Assembly (NCBI GenBank): GCA_017453005.1 | Contig: JAFTKY010000017.1 | Coordinates: 1 to 52,354, forward strand | From: Clostridia bacterium | Lineage (GTDB): Bacteria; Bacillota; Clostridia; Oscillospirales; CAG-272 | Reading direction: 5' to 3' | DNA length: 52,354 bases | In this document: in pieces, positions 16,852-26,248 of the stretch | How positions within the stretch are numbered: position 1 is the stretch's first letter | How the letters are laid out: every line of letters begins with the position of its first letter | Notes under the pieces: generated by a model | What the model was told of the DNA's origin: nothing | The model's input: the letters and a program-made list of their open reading frames with translations, nothing else | Database searches by the model: none | Translations under genes and position numbers: made by a program

Positions 16852-19287
16852 TTATTTTTTAGAATTTGCGTGAATTTCAGAGCGGGATGAGGGCTGCGGA
16901 ATGTTGTATTGCGTTGGGCTCTGCTTTCTTTCGACGGTTATACACGTCTTGTCGGTCGCGAGCGCGTGGCTGAGCACGTCGGACGCTGTCCTGCAGGGGA
17001 TAAAGGTGATATTTTCCTTGACGAGCGTGTCAAGCTTGTCAATATCCTTGACGTTATCCGCAGGGATAAGCACCGTTGTAACGCCCGCAGAGTACGCCGC
17101 CATAGTTTTCTCACGAAGACCGCCGATGGCAAGGACGTTTCCGCGCAGGGTTATCTCGCCCGTCATAGCCACGTCACGGCGGACGGGAATACCCGACAGT
17201 GCGCTGACGAGTGCTGTGAGCATGGTCACGCCCGCGCTGGGACCGTCCTTGGGAACTGCGCCCTCGGGAACGTGGATATGTATGTCGCGCTTGGAGTAAA
17301 AGTCGGTGGGGATATTGTACTGCTCGGCTATCTGACGGGTGTAGGTGAGCGCCGCCCTTGCGGACTCCTTCATAACGTCACCGAGGCTGCCCGTAAGCTC
17401 CAGCTTGCCCGTGCCGTCCGTGACCGCGACCTCGATCTTGAGCAGGTCTCCGCCCGACTGCGTGTATGCAAGTCCGTTTACCACGCCGATCTCGTCGCAC
17501 GCGGATATTCTTTCGGGGAGGAATTTTTCCGCGCCGAGAAGGGCCTCAAGGTTTTTGAGAGTTACCGTCATGCTCTTGCACTTTCCGTCTACGATATTCA
17601 AGGCGGCGCGTCTGCAAACGCAGGCGATCTCGCGCTCAAGGTTACGCACGCCCGACTCACGGGTGTATGCGTCGATTATCTTTGAGAGTGCCTCGTCGGT
17701 GATCTTCAGTGTTCTCTTATTCAATCCGTGACGCTTGAGCTGACGGGGGATAAGATGATTTTTGGCAATAGACGTCTTCTCGCTCTTGGTATAGGTGTGA
17801 AGCTCAATTATCTCCATTCTGTCTATAAGCGGGCGGGCAACCGTGTCAAGCGTGTTTGCCGTTGCGATAAATATACAGTCGGAAAGGTCAAAGGGAAGCT
17901 CTATAAAATGGTCACGGAAGAACTTGTTCTGCTCGGGGTCGAGTGCTTCAAGCAACGCGCTTGCAGGGTCACCGCGCCCGTCACTTGCCATTTTGTCTAT
18001 CTCGTCGAGAAGTATCAAGGGATTTTTGCTCTCGGCGGAAATGAGCGCGTTTATAATTCTGCCGGGCATAGCGCCGACGTAGGTTTTTCTGTGTCCGCGG
18101 ATGTCCGCCTCGTCACGCACGCCGCCCAGAGATACGCGCACGTATTTGCGGTTCATGGCGCGAGCCAAGGACGAAGCGATAGAGGTCTTACCCACACCGG
18201 GAGGGCCGTAGAGACAGATTATCTGTCCCTTAAGCTCGGGATTTAACTGCTTTACCGCGAGGTATTCAAGCAGGCGCGCCTTGACGTCATGGAGCCCGTC
18301 GTGGTCGGCGTCAAGTATTTTTCTCGCCTCGGATACGTCCGCGCGGTCGTTTGTCTTTTTGCTCCAAGGGAGCTCAAGGCAGGTGTCGATATAGTTTGTA
18401 ATTACCGTAGACTCTGCCGAGCCGAAGGGGGCTTTTGCAAGTCGCTCGTTTTCCTTGAGAAGCTTGTTTCTGACCTCGTCGGAGACGTCAAGCTCCATTA
18501 TCTTATCAAAGTATTCGTCGGTGTCCGAGCCGCCGTCGCCAAGCTCCTCCTGAATAGCCTTCATTTCCTCGCGGAGGTAGTATTCCTTTTGTCCCTTCGC
18601 TATCCGCTCGCGGGTTTTTTTTTGAATGCTTGCCTCATATCCAAGTATCTTGTATTCGTGGAGCAGTATCTCGATAAGGGTCTCAATTCTCGTATAGGGA
18701 TCGAATATAGAGAGAATATCAAGCTTGTCCGCCATTTTTTCAAGTATGTGAGACGCGATAAAATCCGCAAGCTGAGCGGGGTTTTTGATGCTCTTTATGG
18801 TGTTCATCATGTCGCCCTTTGTAAGGTCGGGAATAAGCTTGCCAATTCGCTCAACGGCGTGGATAAGCTCGCGTATGTACGCCTCGCCGCGAATACCGCC
18901 GTTGTCCGCGAGCGTAACGGTCTTTGAGAGCACGTCCGCGATGTTGTATTTTCCCGTGGGACGGTATGAGATAAGAGATGCGCGGGACAATCCCTCCGCG
19001 ATTATTCTCGTGCCGCCGTCTGCGGTCTTTACGAGCTGCTTTATTTTGGCAACCGTTCCCGTGCCGAACAAAACGTCGGTGCCGATAACGTCGCTGTCGA
19101 TTTCGGTGTTGATGGGGACGAGAATGACGTAGCCCGTGCCGCTTGCCGCGTCACGCGCCGCCTCGGGAGAGCCGAAGCTGTCCTTTTTAAGCTCGCAGTT
19201 TATTATCTCGCCGGGAAAGGCGACTATGTCCCTGAGCGCTATCAGGGGAAGGGTAAGGCGTTCTGCCTTTTCAAAAATTTCTGACAT
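16852..19287 (-). CDS. lon: ATP-dependent Lon protease
   Basis: GPPGVGKT, LLDEIDK, PKDGPSAG catalytic Ser; ATG at 19287 likely. Confidence 0.97.
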   Translation of the reverse strand: MSEIFEKAERLTLPLIALRDIVAFPGEIINCELKKDSFGSPEAARDAASGTGYVILVPINTEIDSDVIGTDVLFGTGTVAKIKQLVKTADGGTRIIAEGLSRASLISYRPTGKYNIADVLSKTVTLADNGGIRGEAYIRELIHAVERIGKLIPDLTKGDMMNTIKSIKNPAQLADFIASHILEKMADKLDILSIFDPYTRIETLIEILLHEYKILGYEASIQKKTRERIAKGQKEYYLREEMKAIQEELGDGGSDTDEYFDKIMELDVSDEVRNKLLKENERLAKAPFGSAESTVITNYIDTCLELPWSKKTNDRADVSEARKILDADHDGLHDVKARLLEYLAVKQLNPELKGQIICLYGPPGVGKTSIASSLARAMNRKYVRVSLGGVRDEADIRGHRKTYVGAMPGRIINALISAESKNPLILLDEIDKMASDGRGDPASALLEALDPEQNKFFRDHFIELPFDLSDCIFIATANTLDTVARPLIDRMEIIELHTYTKSEKTSIAKNHLIPRQLKRHGLNKRTLKITDEALSKIIDAYTRESGVRNLEREIACVCRRAALNIVDGKCKSMTVTLKNLEALLGAEKFLPERISACDEIGVVNGLAYTQSGGDLLKIEVAVTDGTGKLELTGSLGDVMKESARAALTYTRQIAEQYNIPTDFYSKRDIHIHVPEGAVPKDGPSAGVTMLTALVSALSGIPVRRDVAMTGEITLRGNVLAIGGLREKTMAAYSAGVTTVLIPADNVKDIDKLDTLVKENITFIPCRTASDVLSHALATDKTCITVERKQSPTQYNIPQPSSRSEIHANSKK

Positions 19288-19473
19288 ATATATAAATTCC
19301 TCTCGTGTCGGAAATAAACGTGTTTTGACAAACACTTCTTCAATTATAGTATTATATCACAAACTCCCGCGCATTTCCATACTTTTTCAAGAATATTTAC
19401 AATTTTATATAATAGTTTATATAATATTTAGCGTATGGCGGCGTGTTCTAGCCGTTGAAATAAAAAATTGCAT

Positions 19474-19593
19474 AAAAAAAGCACAACCGGACCCTCACCC
19501 TGCGCGCTTTGATATCATTAGATTGATATTCCGAAAGGAGACTGCCTGCTGTGCATATTTAGGCGGTCGGGCCCTGCCGGATCCGACCGCTTA
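19474..19593 (-). ncRNA. Candidate ~120 nt two-hairpin small RNA
   Basis: Own promoter; 5' hairpin GCGGTCGG/CCGACCGC; long 3' hairpin GCACAGC..GTTGTGC ending in T7. Confidence 0.6.
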
Positions 19594-19596
19594 TTC

Positions 19597-19625
19597 ATTA
19601 TACAACATTTTCCCGAATTTGTAAA
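19597..19625 (-). promoter_or_regulatory. sigA promoter of the candidate sRNA
   Basis: TTTACA-17bp-TATAAT on the minus strand. Confidence 0.65.
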
Positions 19626-19740
19626 TTATCAAAGTTGACGATTTTTTCTCAAATATTTCGTCGTTTTGAATACAGGGGAGAAAATATCACACAAATGTCG
19701 TAGTGCTTTTTGTGGATTTTTTTGTCGTACTGTGTCGCAG

Positions 19741-19854
19741 ACCGTCGTAAAATTTCCCAATGCCGCGTTGATCCTCAAAGGCAGCTTGACATAGGTAACT
19801 ATGCCTGCGCTTTGCCTTTTCCGGTTCGCCTTGCCTTGAAAAATTTTCCTCGGT
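19741..19854. repeat. MITE-like or intergenic repeat element
   Basis: Imperfect terminal inverted repeats ACCGtcgtAAAATTT / AAATTTTcctCGGT, internal CATAG/CTATG and AAAGGCA/TGCCTTT stems; family assignment is inference. Confidence 0.4.
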
Positions 19855-19860
19855 CTGTTC

Positions 19861-20030
19861 GTGCATAGTGCGGAGTGCAGAGCAGATAAAGTGCAGAGTG
19901 CAGAGTGCAAAGTTGATTTGTAGGGGAGGGGCTGCAACATTTGGTTGCAGCGGAGGGGATTTGCTTGCAAATAATGGCTTGCTCCTCCCGTCAGTGCAGA
20001 GTGCAGAATGCAGAGCGCAGAGTGCAGAGT
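19861..20030 (+). repeat. Two AGTGCAG heptamer tracts flanking an interrupted GTAG-type REP
   Basis: Heptamer tracts at about 19861-19912 and 19993-20030; GTAGGGGAGGGGCT...TGCTCCTCCCG at 19920-19990. Confidence 0.8.
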
Positions 20031-20067
20031 TAATTTTCACACATTAAAAAATTTTTTCAAAAACCTA

Positions 20068-20096
20068 TTGACAACAGACGAAAGTTGTGCTATAAT
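20068..20096 (+). promoter_or_regulatory. sigA promoter of the infC operon
   Basis: TTGACA-17bp-TATAAT with TG extension. Confidence 0.88.
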
Positions 20097-20104
20097 CACA
20101 AGGC

Positions 20105-20225
20105 AAACAAAGAGAAGTCCCGCTTCCACCGTGCCGCAAGGGCGAGCAACGGTTAATATTTTCCTCATTATATAGGTATAGGTGGGGAGACTGTGCGTCG
20201 GGATTTCTGTATTCCCGACTTTTTT
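20105..20225 (+). ncRNA. L20 leader (infC-rpmI-rplT autoregulatory leader) with terminator
   Basis: AGAAG..CCCGCTTC.ACCG..CGGT pattern, then GTCGGGA/TCCCGAC-T6 terminator upstream of infC. Confidence 0.75.
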
Positions 20226-20298
20226 GTTGCGAATACGAATAAAACAGGTTCACAAATATTATAAAATAAACAAAATTTATTTTTTGGAGGTGTTACCC

Positions 20299-20829
20299 AT
20301 AGCAGCAAACAAAGAAAAAGATACTCTTGTCAATGAAGATATCGACTTTCCCCAGATAAGAGTAATCGGTTCGGACGGAGAGCAGCTCGGTATAATGAGC
20401 TCCGAGCAGGCGCTCAAGATAGCGTACGACAAGGGTCTTGACCTTGTGGCAATGTCCGCGCAGGCAAATCCCCCCGTATGCAAAATTATGGATTTCGGCA
20501 AGTACCGCTTTGAGCGTGAAAAGCGCGAAAAGGAAGCAAAGAAAAAGCAGCAAACGGTCGAGCTCAAGGAAATTCAGCTTTCGCCCAGAATCGATACGCA
20601 TGACTTTGAGACAAAGGCGAAGCAGGCGGTTAAATTCCTCTCGTCAGGCAACAAGGTGCGCGTTGTTATGAGATTCAAGGGAAGAGAAATGAGCCACATG
20701 GCAATCGGCCGTGAGATAATCGACAGATTTGCAGAGTTCTGCTCCGAGGTAGGCAACGTAGACAAAAAGCCCGCAGTCGACGGCAGAATCATGAGCATGG
20801 TCATCTCGCCCATAACTCAGAAAAAATAA
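20299..20829 (+). CDS. infC: Translation initiation factor IF-3, non-canonical ATA start
   Basis: GGAGG-8nt-ATA; VNEDI, PPVCKIMDFGKYRFE, RFKGRE. Confidence 0.95.
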   Translation: MAANKEKDTLVNEDIDFPQIRVIGSDGEQLGIMSSEQALKIAYDKGLDLVAMSAQANPPVCKIMDFGKYRFEREKREKEAKKKQQTVELKEIQLSPRIDTHDFETKAKQAVKFLSSGNKVRVVMRFKGREMSHMAIGREIIDRFAEFCSEVGNVDKKPAVDGRIMSMVISPITQKK

Positions 20830-20864
20830 TATTTGTAAATAAAAATTTAAAGGAGTATATAACA

Positions 20865-21059
20865 ATGGGAAAAATCAAGACACATAAGGCTTCTGCCAAG
20901 AGATTTTCCGTTACGGGAACAGGTAAGGTAAAGATGAATCACTGTCATCACCGTCACAATCTCGGACTTAAGAGCCAGAAGAGAAAGAGACATCTCCGCA
21001 CGGGTGCTATCATGAGCGAATCCATGGCTCCCAATATCAGAGTGCTCATTCAGAAGTAA
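20865..21059 (+). CDS. rpmI: 50S ribosomal protein L35
   Basis: KIKTHKASAKRF..TGTGK; operon position. Confidence 0.96.
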   Translation: MGKIKTHKASAKRFSVTGTGKVKMNHCHHRHNLGLKSQKRKRHLRTGAIMSESMAPNIRVLIQK

Positions 21060-21165
21060 TCCACCGCGGTGAAAACACCGCAAACAAGTAAGTCCGCAGA
21101 GGACACCACCACAAAAACATAACGAGCCGCGTCAGTTGACGGCGGCAGATAGAAGGAGAATTAAA

Positions 21166-21519
21166 ATGGCAAGAATTAAGGGCGCTCTTATGACGCGCAA
21201 GAGAAGAAAGAAGATGCTTAAGGCTGCAAAGGGCTACTGGGGTGCAAAATCCAAGCACTTCAAGATGGCTAAGCAGGCTGTACTCAAGAGCGGTAACTAT
21301 GCATTCGTAGGACGTAAGCAGAAGAAGAGAGACATGAGAAGACTCTGGATCACCAGAATCTCTGCTCAGGCAAAGATCTGCGGCATGAACTACTCTACGT
21401 TCATGAACGGCCTCAAGAAGGCAGGCATCACACTCAACAGAAAGATGCTCGCTGAGCTCGCAGTAAACGACAAGGAAGCATTTGCAGCTCTCGCAGAGCA
21501 GGCAAAGGCAGCTCTTTGA
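21166..21519 (+). CDS. rplT: 50S ribosomal protein L20
   Basis: [32 protein letters not shown]; ATG at 21166. Confidence 0.97.
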   Translation: MARIKGALMTRKRRKKMLKAAKGYWGAKSKHFKMAKQAVLKSGNYAFVGRKQKKRDMRRLWITRISAQAKICGMNYSTFMNGLKKAGITLNRKMLAELAVNDKEAFAALAEQAKAAL

Positions 21520-21528
21520 TGACACAAT

Positions 21529-21552
21529 AAAAACCCGCGTATGCGGGTTTTT
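21529..21552 (+). terminator. Intrinsic terminator
   Basis: AAAAACCCGC-GTAT-GCGGGTTTTT. Confidence 0.85.
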
Positions 21553-21598
21553 GTCATATATACAGATAGTTTGAAGCTATAAAATAAGGGTGTTTTTT

Positions 21599-22447
21599 AT
21601 GGAAATTTTGGAAGAGATAATCACGTCAGCCCAAAATAAATACGTCAGTGAGGCGAGGATGTTGGACGAAAAAAAGCGTCGCGACAGCTCTCGTCTTTTC
21701 CGCTTTGACGGGGTAAAATTGCTTTGCGAGGCGGTGCGCCGAGGCGTTGAGCTTGAGTATATTTTAGTCTCAGACGATAAGTATTCATCCGTGTTTGAAA
21801 AGGCAGAGCAGACCTACGGATTGACACGCGCGGATATAAGCTGCAGAGTAATACCTGTAAAGGCGTCTGTTTTTGATAAAATTTCTCAGGAAAAGTCACC
21901 TGAGGGCGTAATATGTGTGGCGAAATATATTGACAAATTACATAAATTTGTTATAATAAATAATGTAGAAAAATTTTTACCCGATTTTTGTGCGGACGAG
22001 AGGATACTCATTCTTGAGTCCGTGCGGGACCCCCAGAATATCGGCGCTATAATAAGAAGCGCCGCGGCTCTCGGAGCGGACAGAATAATCATGAGCTCGG
22101 ATTGCGCGGATATATATAATTCCAAGGCAGTCCGCGCGTCGATGGGAACGCTGTTCGGCGTGCGTGTTGACAGAGTGGACGACCTTTGCGCCGCAATAAG
22201 AGCCCTGCAGACAAGCGGCCGCAGAGTGTTTGCGGCGGCGCTTGATGACAAGGCGCAAAGGCTCGGCAAAGCAGAGGTAAGTCCCGTCGACTGCATACTT
22301 ATCGGCAACGAGGGACACGGGCTTACAGATGAGATAATTTCCGCCTGCGATTCCACCATCTACATTCCCATGAGCATGGGAGTTGAGTCGCTTAACGCGG
22401 CAGTCGCGGCGTCTGTGCTGCTGTGGGAGTTTTTCGGCAGAGGATAA
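21599..22447 (+). CDS. TrmH/SpoU-family RNA methyltransferase
   Basis: DPQNIGAIIRSA, IGNEGHGL, ESLNAAVA. Confidence 0.93.
   Translation: MEILEEIITSAQNKYVSEARMLDEKKRRDSSRLFRFDGVKLLCEAVRRGVELEYILVSDDKYSSVFEKAEQTYGLTRADISCRVIPVKASVFDKISQEKSPEGVICVAKYIDKLHKFVIINNVEKFLPDFCADERILILESVRDPQNIGAIIRSAAALGADRIIMSSDCADIYNSKAVRASMGTLFGVRVDRVDDLCAAIRALQTSGRRVFAAALDDKAQRLGKAEVSPVDCILIGNEGHGLTDEIISACDSTIYIPMSMGVESLNAAVAASVLLWEFFGRG
21930..21957 (+). promoter_or_regulatory. Candidate intragenic sigA promoter
   Basis: TTGACA-16bp-TATAAT with TG extension in an AT-rich patch inside the methyltransferase gene. Confidence 0.55.
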
Positions 22448-22477
22448 AACGGTATAAAAGGAAAGGTTAAGGACGGC

Positions 22478-23878
22478 ATGAGCGAGATCAAATGGATATG
22501 GCTGGCAGAAAAATGCGGTATAGGAAGCTCGGATATTCTGACGCTTATCTCCCGCATGGAGACCATAGAGGCTATATATAACGCGGATTACGAAAAATAT
22601 ATCTCCATAGGAATTAACGAGAGAACTGCGGACAAGCTCTGTGATAAGGACCTTGATGGCGCGTATTCCGTGATGAGCTGGTGCGAAAAGAACAAGGTTG
22701 GGATACTTGCCTTTGACAGCGACAGATTTCCGTCGTCCCTTCGCGCACTGAAAAATCCTCCCGCCGTGCTTTACTATATTGGCAATCTGCCGGATTTTAA
22801 CCGCGAGCTTTGTATCTCGGTGGTAGGAACCCGTAAAATGAGCGAATACGGAATGAAGGCGGCGTATAAAATAGCTTATGAGCTTGCGGCGGCGGGTGCA
22901 GTTACCGTCAGCGGAATGGCGCTTGGAATTGACGGAGTTGCGGCTTGCGCGTCTATCGCCGCGGGCGGCAGAACCGTTGCGGTGCTCGGAAGCGGAATTG
23001 ACGTGGTCTACCCCAAGGAGCATCAAAGACTTTACGATACGATAGCCAAGCGCGGCGCGGTAATTACCGAGTATCCTCCCTCAACGAGACCATACGGCTA
23101 CAATTTTCCGCAAAGAAACAGAATTATAAGCGGACTTGGCGTCGGCACGCTCGTCGTTGATGCACCCGAGGGAAGCGGTGCGCTTATAACCGCAAAGAAC
23201 GCAATAATCCAGGGCAAGGATATTTACGCCGTGCCCGGTAATATCGGTGAGGAAAATACCGCCGGTACAAACAGTCTTATACGCGACGGTGCTACGGCAG
23301 TGCTGTGCGGAAGAGACATAATAAAAAGCTACGCATTTTTATACAGACACAGTATAGATATGCAAAGGCTCACGAGGGCAGAGTCCAACTCGGACTTCAA
23401 CCCCTCCGAGCTTGTCAGAATGAAGATAGGCATGAGGATCGCAAGACCTGAGGCCGACATAATACCCAACGAGAGGATCCGACGCCGCGAGGCAGCAGTC
23501 CCCGTGGGTGAAAAACGCACCCTTGCGGGCGAGGACATCACCTCCGCGAGCAGGGAGTACACGGCTTTTGAAGGCGCTAAATCAAAGCCCTCAAAAGCCG
23601 AAAAGACAAGAACTGAGGCGCAACCGGATAAAAAGTCGGTAAAGGCACAGCCTGCGCCCGCCGAAAAACCCGCAGGAGATAACTCGCAAAAAATACTTGA
23701 CTCACTCAGTCAGCGTCAGCGCGAGATATTTTCCGAGATGCCCATGGACAGACCCGTAACGGTGGACTATTTCACGAAGACGGGATATGCTATGGGAGAG
23801 GTCATGAGCGCGCTTACCGTTCTTGAAATAAAGGGACTGATATCCTCGCTTCCCGGAGCGCTGTATATCAGAAAATAA
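22478..23878 (+). CDS. dprA: DNA processing protein DprA
   Basis: VVGTR, VSGMALGIDG, NFPQRNRIISG, SGALITA; C-terminal winged helix. Confidence 0.95.
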   Translation: MSEIKWIWLAEKCGIGSSDILTLISRMETIEAIYNADYEKYISIGINERTADKLCDKDLDGAYSVMSWCEKNKVGILAFDSDRFPSSLRALKNPPAVLYYIGNLPDFNRELCISVVGTRKMSEYGMKAAYKIAYELAAAGAVTVSGMALGIDGVAACASIAAGGRTVAVLGSGIDVVYPKEHQRLYDTIAKRGAVITEYPPSTRPYGYNFPQRNRIISGLGVGTLVVDAPEGSGALITAKNAIIQGKDIYAVPGNIGEENTAGTNSLIRDGATAVLCGRDIIKSYAFLYRHSIDMQRLTRAESNSDFNPSELVRMKIGMRIARPEADIIPNERIRRREAAVPVGEKRTLAGEDITSASREYTAFEGAKSKPSKAEKTRTEAQPDKKSVKAQPAPAEKPAGDNSQKILDSLSQRQREIFSEMPMDRPVTVDYFTKTGYAMGEVMSALTVLEIKGLISSLPGALYIRK

Positions 23879-23913
23879 TCAGGCTTGAAAACAATGAAAG
23901 GAAACATATATAG

Positions 23914-26241
23914 ATGGCAAATTTGGTAATAGTGGAGTCACCCTCCAAGGCAAGTACAATAAAAGGGTATCTCGGCTCAAACTACAAGGTTATCGCATCG
24001 AAGGGACACGTAAGAGACCTTCCCAAGTCCACCCTCGGAGTTGACATTGAAAACAACTTTGAGGCGCACTACATCAACATCAGAGGCAAGGGCGACCTCA
24101 TAAAGGAGATCAAAAAGGAAGCCAAGGCGGCAAACAAGGTCTTCCTCGCAACCGACCCTGACCGTGAGGGAGAGGCTATTTCGTGGCATCTTGCAACGGC
24201 GCTCGGAATTCCCGTTGAGAAGACGCTGAGAGTTACCTTCAACGAGATAACAAAGACAGCAGTCAAGACGGCGATAAAGAACCCCAGACAAATAGATATG
24301 AGCCTCGTTGATTCACAGCAGACGAGAAGAATTCTCGACAGAATCATGGGCTATAAGATATCCCCCATTCTCTGGAAGGCGGTAAAGAGCGGACTTTCCG
24401 CAGGACGCGTTCAGTCTGTTGCAACGAGAATTATCGTTGAAAGAGAAGAGGAGATAAAGAACTTTATCCCCGACGAATACTGGACTATTGACGCAACTCT
24501 GCTTTCAAGCGACAACAAGCCCTTCACCGTAAGATTTTACGGCGATCGCGCGGGCAAAATCGTGCCCTCGTGTGAGGCGGAGGCTATGAAGATAGTAAAC
24601 GCCGTGGACGGTAAGCCGTTTAAGGTAGAGTCCATCAAGCGCTCGTCACGCCGTAAGCTTCCCGCTCCCCCCTTCACGACCTCCACGCTTCAGCAGGAGG
24701 CTTCCAGACATCTCGGCTTCCAGTCACAGCGTATCATGCGCGTGGCGCAGGAGCTTTACGAGGGTGTAAACGTAGGCGCAGAGAACGGCGGCGTACAGGG
24801 TCTTATCACCTATATGCGTACCGACTCCCTTCGCGTATCCGAAGAGGCGCAGACCGCGGCAAGAGAATTTATCGGCGAGAGATACGGCGAGGAGTACAAC
24901 ACGGAAGCTCCCAGAGTATATAAGGCAAAGTCCGGCGCGCAGGACGCTCACGAGGCTATCCGTCCCGTAAAGGTAGCGCTTGAGCCCGCAAAGATAAAGA
25001 GCTATCTTACAAGCGACCAGTACAAGATATACAAGCTTATCTGGGAAAGATTTATCGCAAGCCAGATGGAGTCCGCAAATCTTGCAACTCTGACGGTTGA
25101 CTTTGAAAGCTCGGGCTATATCTTCCGCACGGGCGGATATACCGTGACCTTCCCCGGCTACATGATAGTCTACGTTGAGTCCGAGGACGACACGCAGAAG
25201 CACGACGAGCACGAAAATCAGAAGGATATCAAGCTCCCCGACCTTCACGAAAACGAGATGCTTGATTCACAGTCCATAGACCCCTCAAAGCACTTTACAG
25301 AAGCACCCCCAAGATATAACGAGGCGTCGCTTATCAAGTTCCTTGAGGAAAAGGGAATAGGCAGACCGAGTACCTACACGCCTATCATCACGACCATAGT
25401 TTCAAGGAACTACGTCAAGCGTGACGGCAAGGCTCTCGTGCCCACGCCCCTCGGTCAGATAACAACGGACATTATGAGAGACTACTTCTCTTACGTCGTT
25501 GACTACAAGTTCACGGCTGAGATGGAGGACAATCTTGACGGAATTGAAAAGTCCGAGTACCCCATGCAGACGGTGCTTGAGGATTTCTGGCGCGAGTTTT
25601 CGGTAATGCTTAAGGACGCTGAGGAAAAGCTCAGCCACGTGGAGATACAGGTGCCCGTTGAGGAGACGGATATTATATGCGACAAGTGCGGCTCCAGAAT
25701 GATAGTCAAGAACGGACGCTTCGGTAAGTTTGCTGCGTGCCCCAACTATCCTCAGTGCAGAAGCACCAAGCCCCTCGTTAAGTTAAACGAGGAGGAGCTT
25801 GACGGCGGCGAGGAAAAGGAAGAAAAGAAGGCTCAGAAGCCCGAGAAGAAGGAGCAGAAGAAGGCTGTCGTTGCGGACTTCAAGTGTGAAAAGTGCGGCT
25901 CTGATATGGTGCTTCGTACGGGCAGATACGGAAGCTTCTACGCTTGCGTAAATTATCCCACCTGCAAGACCACCAAGCCCAGAACGAAGGATATAGGCGT
26001 TCCTTGTCCCAAGTGCGGCTCCAAGGTCGTTCTCAAGTACGGCAAAAACAAGAGCGTATTCTATAGCTGTGAAAAGTATCCCTCGTGCGATTTCTCGTCC
26101 TGGGATATGCCCGTGAACGAGAAGTGTCCGAATTGCGGAGACATTCTCTTCAGGAAGAAGGGCAAGCCCGTGCTTGTGTGCCACAACGAAAAGTGTGGCT
26201 TTACAAAGCAGACGACGGATATTGCACCCGAAGAAAATTAA
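23914..26241 (+). CDS. topA: DNA topoisomerase I
   Basis: LVIVESP, ATDPDREGE, LITYMRTDS, C-terminal zinc ribbons. Confidence 0.98.
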   Translation: MANLVIVESPSKASTIKGYLGSNYKVIASKGHVRDLPKSTLGVDIENNFEAHYINIRGKGDLIKEIKKEAKAANKVFLATDPDREGEAISWHLATALGIPVEKTLRVTFNEITKTAVKTAIKNPRQIDMSLVDSQQTRRILDRIMGYKISPILWKAVKSGLSAGRVQSVATRIIVEREEEIKNFIPDEYWTIDATLLSSDNKPFTVRFYGDRAGKIVPSCEAEAMKIVNAVDGKPFKVESIKRSSRRKLPAPPFTTSTLQQEASRHLGFQSQRIMRVAQELYEGVNVGAENGGVQGLITYMRTDSLRVSEEAQTAAREFIGERYGEEYNTEAPRVYKAKSGAQDAHEAIRPVKVALEPAKIKSYLTSDQYKIYKLIWERFIASQMESANLATLTVDFESSGYIFRTGGYTVTFPGYMIVYVESEDDTQKHDEHENQKDIKLPDLHENEMLDSQSIDPSKHFTEAPPRYNEASLIKFLEEKGIGRPSTYTPIITTIVSRNYVKRDGKALVPTPLGQITTDIMRDYFSYVVDYKFTAEMEDNLDGIEKSEYPMQTVLEDFWREFSVMLKDAEEKLSHVEIQVPVEETDIICDKCGSRMIVKNGRFGKFAACPNYPQCRSTKPLVKLNEEELDGGEEKEEKKAQKPEKKEQKKAVVADFKCEKCGSDMVLRTGRYGSFYACVNYPTCKTTKPRTKDIGVPCPKCGSKVVLKYGKNKSVFYSCEKYPSCDFSSWDMPVNEKCPNCGDILFRKKGKPVLVCHNEKCGFTKQTTDIAPEEN

Positions 26242-26248
26242 GGTGAAA

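Noticed and set aside
19474-19593. Pistol ribozyme, SRP RNA or 6S RNA
   Set aside because: The hairpin plus UAAAUA linker resembles pistol superficially, but the pseudoknot partner and core are not evident. There is no SRP GGAA-loop motif, and it is too short for 6S.
19629-20040. ORFs 19629-19970 and 19687-20040
   Set aside because: The SALCTLH-type peptide repeats are translations of heptamer DNA repeats.
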